DNA of 64,000 bases from Basidiobolus meristosporus CBS 931.73 (lineage: Eukaryota > Fungi > Basidiobolomycota), in NCBI GenBank assembly GCA_002104905.1, contig MCFE01000007.1, positions 203,060 through 267,059 of the forward strand. The letters run 5' to 3'. Positions 61,328 to 64,000 of the stretch are shown here, in pieces; position 1 is the first letter of the stretch, and each line of letters begins with the position of its first letter. The notes below the pieces were generated by a model, which searched no databases, was not told where the DNA came from, and saw only the letters and a list, made by a program, of their open reading frames with translations. A program made the translations under genes and the position numbers.

Positions 61328-63982
61328 CTACTGTTGTAGCTTTGATACAAGAGTGTGTAGCTGAGGGGAATTTGTAGGTAAGTTAATAAGAAGTGATGAT
61401 AGTTCTTCAGTGCTCAAGACACTGTTCAGTGGGAAGGGGGGTAGCAAGAGAGGTAAGAATGACTTGTGAACAACATTAATGAGGGGAATGTGATAAGGAT
61501 TGATATTCATCATAAAGGGAGTGTGCTGCTGCAGATATTGCTGCCAAAGGTCTGTCAAGTACTTCAGGTAGGCCAGCTTGGGTTTTTCTGACTGCAGAAT
61601 ATAGTGAGCAAACTTCTTGACTTCAGGATCTCCGAGTATAGTTCTCCAGCAGGAGCCAGGTGTTGTGTGGTGTGTTCTCTTCCAGGCCTTAATCAGTGGG
61701 TTGTTGCAGTTGTGAAGTCTGAGGTATAATCTGGTTCTAAGGTAGAGAAGTCTGATCTTATAGGGCATAAACCCAAAAGCACCAAGAATAGCATGTCTGT
61801 AGGGGCATTCAGGCAAATGAGGCACCAAGGAGGTAATGCACCATACTGCAAACTTGTCAAGCTTAGTGCAGTCTCTAGAAGTAAGAGAGAGAAGTGGTAA
61901 GCCAAATTCCAGGACAGGGAAGACAAACTGCTTGAGTAGAAGGAGGCAGCTGGGAGCTGAAGTTGTAGGAGGAGTAACAGCCAGTAGCTTGTGGAGTGCC
62001 TGTCTTGCCAGGATAATTCTCTTCTTCAGGTGTGCTCCAGAGTCTAGTCCAGTAGGAAGGAAAGGAAAGCCAAGATATGTAGCAGAAACCTGAGCAGGTA
62101 GAGTGGAGTTCTCCAAGTTGATGGGAGAGCCCAAAGGTACTGTCTTTGCAATGGAAAGCTGGAGATTATTCTTCTGCAGATACTGGTGGATGGTCTGGGA
62201 GTCTTGTTGCACACTGGAGGAGGATATTCTGATGTCATCAGCAAAGAGAGTAACCAGGCAGTCAGCTGAGAGTCTTGGGAAATCATTCAGGAAGATGGCA
62301 AACAGTATAGGACCAAGCACAGAGCCTTGAACCACTCCATTAGGAACTGAGAACACAGCTGATTGCTCACTTGGGTGCAGAATTCTTGCTTGTGGATCCA
62401 GAAACAGAGACCTGACAAGGAGGGTGAGAGAGGTACTGGAGAAGCATTGCAACTTGGACCAAAGCAGATTTCTGTCAACTGAATCAAAGGCCTTAGTAAT
62501 ATCAAACAGAACAGAGGGATACTTGCACTGGAGAGAGTGATCTTGGCTAAGTATGACTGCATATTCCAAGGAGAGGCCAGGAACAAAGCCAAACTGTGCA
62601 GGATGAAACTTGAGAGAGTCAGAGTAGAGCTCCTGAGCAAGCAGAAGCTCAAACACCTTTCTGCAGGTGGGCAGCAGAGATATTGGCCTGTAGGAGCTAG
62701 GATCCAGGTGCTTTCCTTTACCCTTGTACAGTGGCAGAACATTTGCAAAGGACCATTCCTCAGGAGTAGAAAGCTGGGCTGAGCATTGCTGAAACAGTGG
62801 AAGCAGAAGTGCAGACATGGCCTTGGTACTAGTCTTCAGAAGCTCATAGGAGATTGTGTCCACACCTGGAGCAGTAGAGTTGGGAAGCCTCTTGAGCACA
62901 TTATGGATTCTCCTTTGATCAAGTGCAAGTGGGATGGGCAGAGTCTTGAAGTCAGGATGAAAGCCAGGAGTTGAGTACTGCTTTGTAGAGAAGAAGATGT
63001 TAGCCAGCTGTTCTGTTGAAGGTAACTTCCTGGAAGAGGGCCTCATTGCCCTGTAGAGTCTTGATACTGTTCTTGTTATAGAGTTGGAAGATTGCAGAGG
63101 CAAGGAACTCATAATATGATCCCAGAGCTGAGTATGCAGAGTGTGGTGAATTGCCTTGGAGTGGTGTATTGCTGTCAGGAGGAGGTTCTCTGTTTTTGGG
63201 TTAGGGAAGCTCAGGTAGCTTTGTTGCAGGGCTGAAACAATGGATTCCCATTTTCTTGAGGCAACCGCAGTAGTCTTGCATGGCAGTGAGAGGGAGGCAG
63301 ACACCAGAATCAGATGCTTCACAAAGAGCCAGGCAAAGTTGAGATCATCTGGCAGAGAAAGTAGCAAACTGGCAAGCTTCAAGTAGTTCCCAAAGTCTTT
63401 CTTCTGATTCTTGGTAGCTTTGTGGGTGAGCACAGTAAGTTTTGGCAGCTTCCTCTTCACAACTGGTTGCATAGAAAGGGACCAGGCTGGGTGGTCAGAG
63501 GCTCTCAAGGATCCTAGCTCAGCTCCAGAGAATTGCTTAACTTCATTCACAAAGTAGAGGGCAGCAGCAGAAGGGCAGATCCAGTCAACACATCTTTTCT
63601 CAGATTGAGCACCTAGTGCTAGCAGGTGGCTTTCTCTCAGGAAGTTCAGTAGGAATGTAGACCTTGGCTTCATTCTTGCAGTCAGAGTAGTCTTGTTCTC
63701 AGGATGGGGAATGTTGAGATCTCCAAGCAAGATAACAGGTGTTGATATAGATTGTTGGTATTGCTGAACCTTCTGGCATATAACTTGCACTTCCTGAAGG
63801 GCTAGACTTGGAGGCAGATAGCAGAGCACCAGACTGATAGTTGGCAACTGGAGAGCAGCACAGTAAGGGGAGTAAAGAGGAACACAGAGCTGAGGAGTAT
63901 TGATGGTAGAAGAGATGAAGCAGATAGAGGAGGTATTCTTTGTTCTAGGAGTAGAAAAGCAATATAGATTAGTCAAAAGCAA
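61328..63982 (-). CDS. Non-LTR retrotransposon ORF2: APE endonuclease + reverse transcriptase (5' end beyond window or broken)
   Basis: APE motifs CYLPP, LLGDLN, VDWI, SDH. RT motifs TAPGVDTI, YRPISLL, QFGFVPG, DITKAFDSV, GVVQGSVLGP, LFADD, YLGFP. The stop codon lies immediately next to the shared 3' motif. Confidence 0.93.
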   Translation of the reverse strand: MLLTNLYCFSTPRTKNTSSICFISSTINTPQLCVPLYSPYCAALQLPTISLVLCYLPPSLALQEVQVICQKVQQYQQSISTPVILLGDLNIPHPENKTTLTARMKPRSTFLLNFLRESHLLALGAQSEKRCVDWICPSAAALYFVNEVKQFSGAELGSLRASDHPAWSLSMQPVVKRKLPKLTVLTHKATKNQKKDFGNYLKLASLLLSLPDDLNFAWLFVKHLILVSASLSLPCKTTAVASRKWESIVSALQQSYLSFPNPKTENLLLTAIHHSKAIHHTLHTQLWDHIMSSLPLQSSNSITRTVSRLYRAMRPSSRKLPSTEQLANIFFSTKQYSTPGFHPDFKTLPIPLALDQRRIHNVLKRLPNSTAPGVDTISYELLKTSTKAMSALLLPLFQQCSAQLSTPEEWSFANVLPLYKGKGKHLDPSSYRPISLLPTCRKVFELLLAQELYSDSLKFHPAQFGFVPGLSLEYAVILSQDHSLQCKYPSVLFDITKAFDSVDRNLLWSKLQCFSSTSLTLLVRSLFLDPQARILHPSEQSAVFSVPNGVVQGSVLGPILFAIFLNDFPRLSADCLVTLFADDIRISSSSVQQDSQTIHQYLQKNNLQLSIAKTVPLGSPINLENSTLPAQVSATYLGFPFLPTGLDSGAHLKKRIILARQALHKLLAVTPPTTSAPSCLLLLKQFVFPVLEFGLPLLSLTSRDCTKLDKFAVWCITSLVPHLPECPYRHAILGAFGFMPYKIRLLYLRTRLYLRLHNCNNPLIKAWKRTHHTTPGSCWRTILGDPEVKKFAHYILQSEKPKLAYLKYLTDLWQQYLQQHTPFMMNINPYHIPLINVVHKSFLPLLLPPFPLNSVLSTEELSSLLINLPTNSPQLHTLVSKLQQ

Positions 63983-64000
63983 TATAGATTAGTCAAAAGT

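Larger units (their letters stand above)
55773..64000 (-). mobile_element. Polarised head-to-tail telomere-associated retroelement array
   Basis: At least 11 modules, all coding parts on the minus strand, most junctions carrying 1-3 TTAGGG on the plus strand. A conserved 3' motif occurs eight times. Confidence 0.88.

Noticed and set aside
59112-62974. Alternative-frame and antisense ORFs (59112-59699, 62287-62748, 62537-62782 and similar shadows of EME1 and the His1 genes)
   Set aside because: They overlap better-supported CDSs and are explained by compositional bias.
55773-64000. Penelope-like (Coprina/Athena) or LTR element identity
   Set aside because: The RT has LINE-type motifs plus an APE domain. 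No GIY-YIG, integrase or protease was seen.

Overview
Eukaryotic DNA with short GT-AG introns. The gene content suggests an early-diverging fungus (Zoopagomycota/Mucoromycota; Basidiobolus-like is my inference). Bases 1-55,400 are gene-rich: phenylalanine hydroxylase, a secreted saposin, an exonuclease-like/AAA ATPase fusion, an NmrA-like reductase, proteasome beta-2, a Kelch protein, a C2H2 factor, a PLD6/Zucchini-like enzyme, EME1, an STF2-like protein, three secreted N-terminal-His (LPMO-like) paralogs plus a fragment, a Streptomyces-type subtilisin inhibitor, two alpha-arrestins and a small velvet protein. From 55,773 to the end the window is a CpG-poor, one-directional, head-to-tail array of retroelement modules. 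All are on the minus strand and are joined by short TTAGGG tracts, so this looks like a subtelomere with the chromosome end to the right. The array holds an APE+RT LINE, a fragment of a second LINE lineage, an ORF1(gag)-only unit, and four copies of a ~530-bp non-coding unit. That unit has a tRNA-derived A/B-box head with CCCTAACCCT between the boxes. Eight modules end in the same two-hairpin 3' motif followed by a C-run and, at most junctions, telomeric sequence. This apparent multi-component telomere-targeted LINE/gag/SINE system is the strongest candidate for something undescribed. All calls are by eye, with no database searches.
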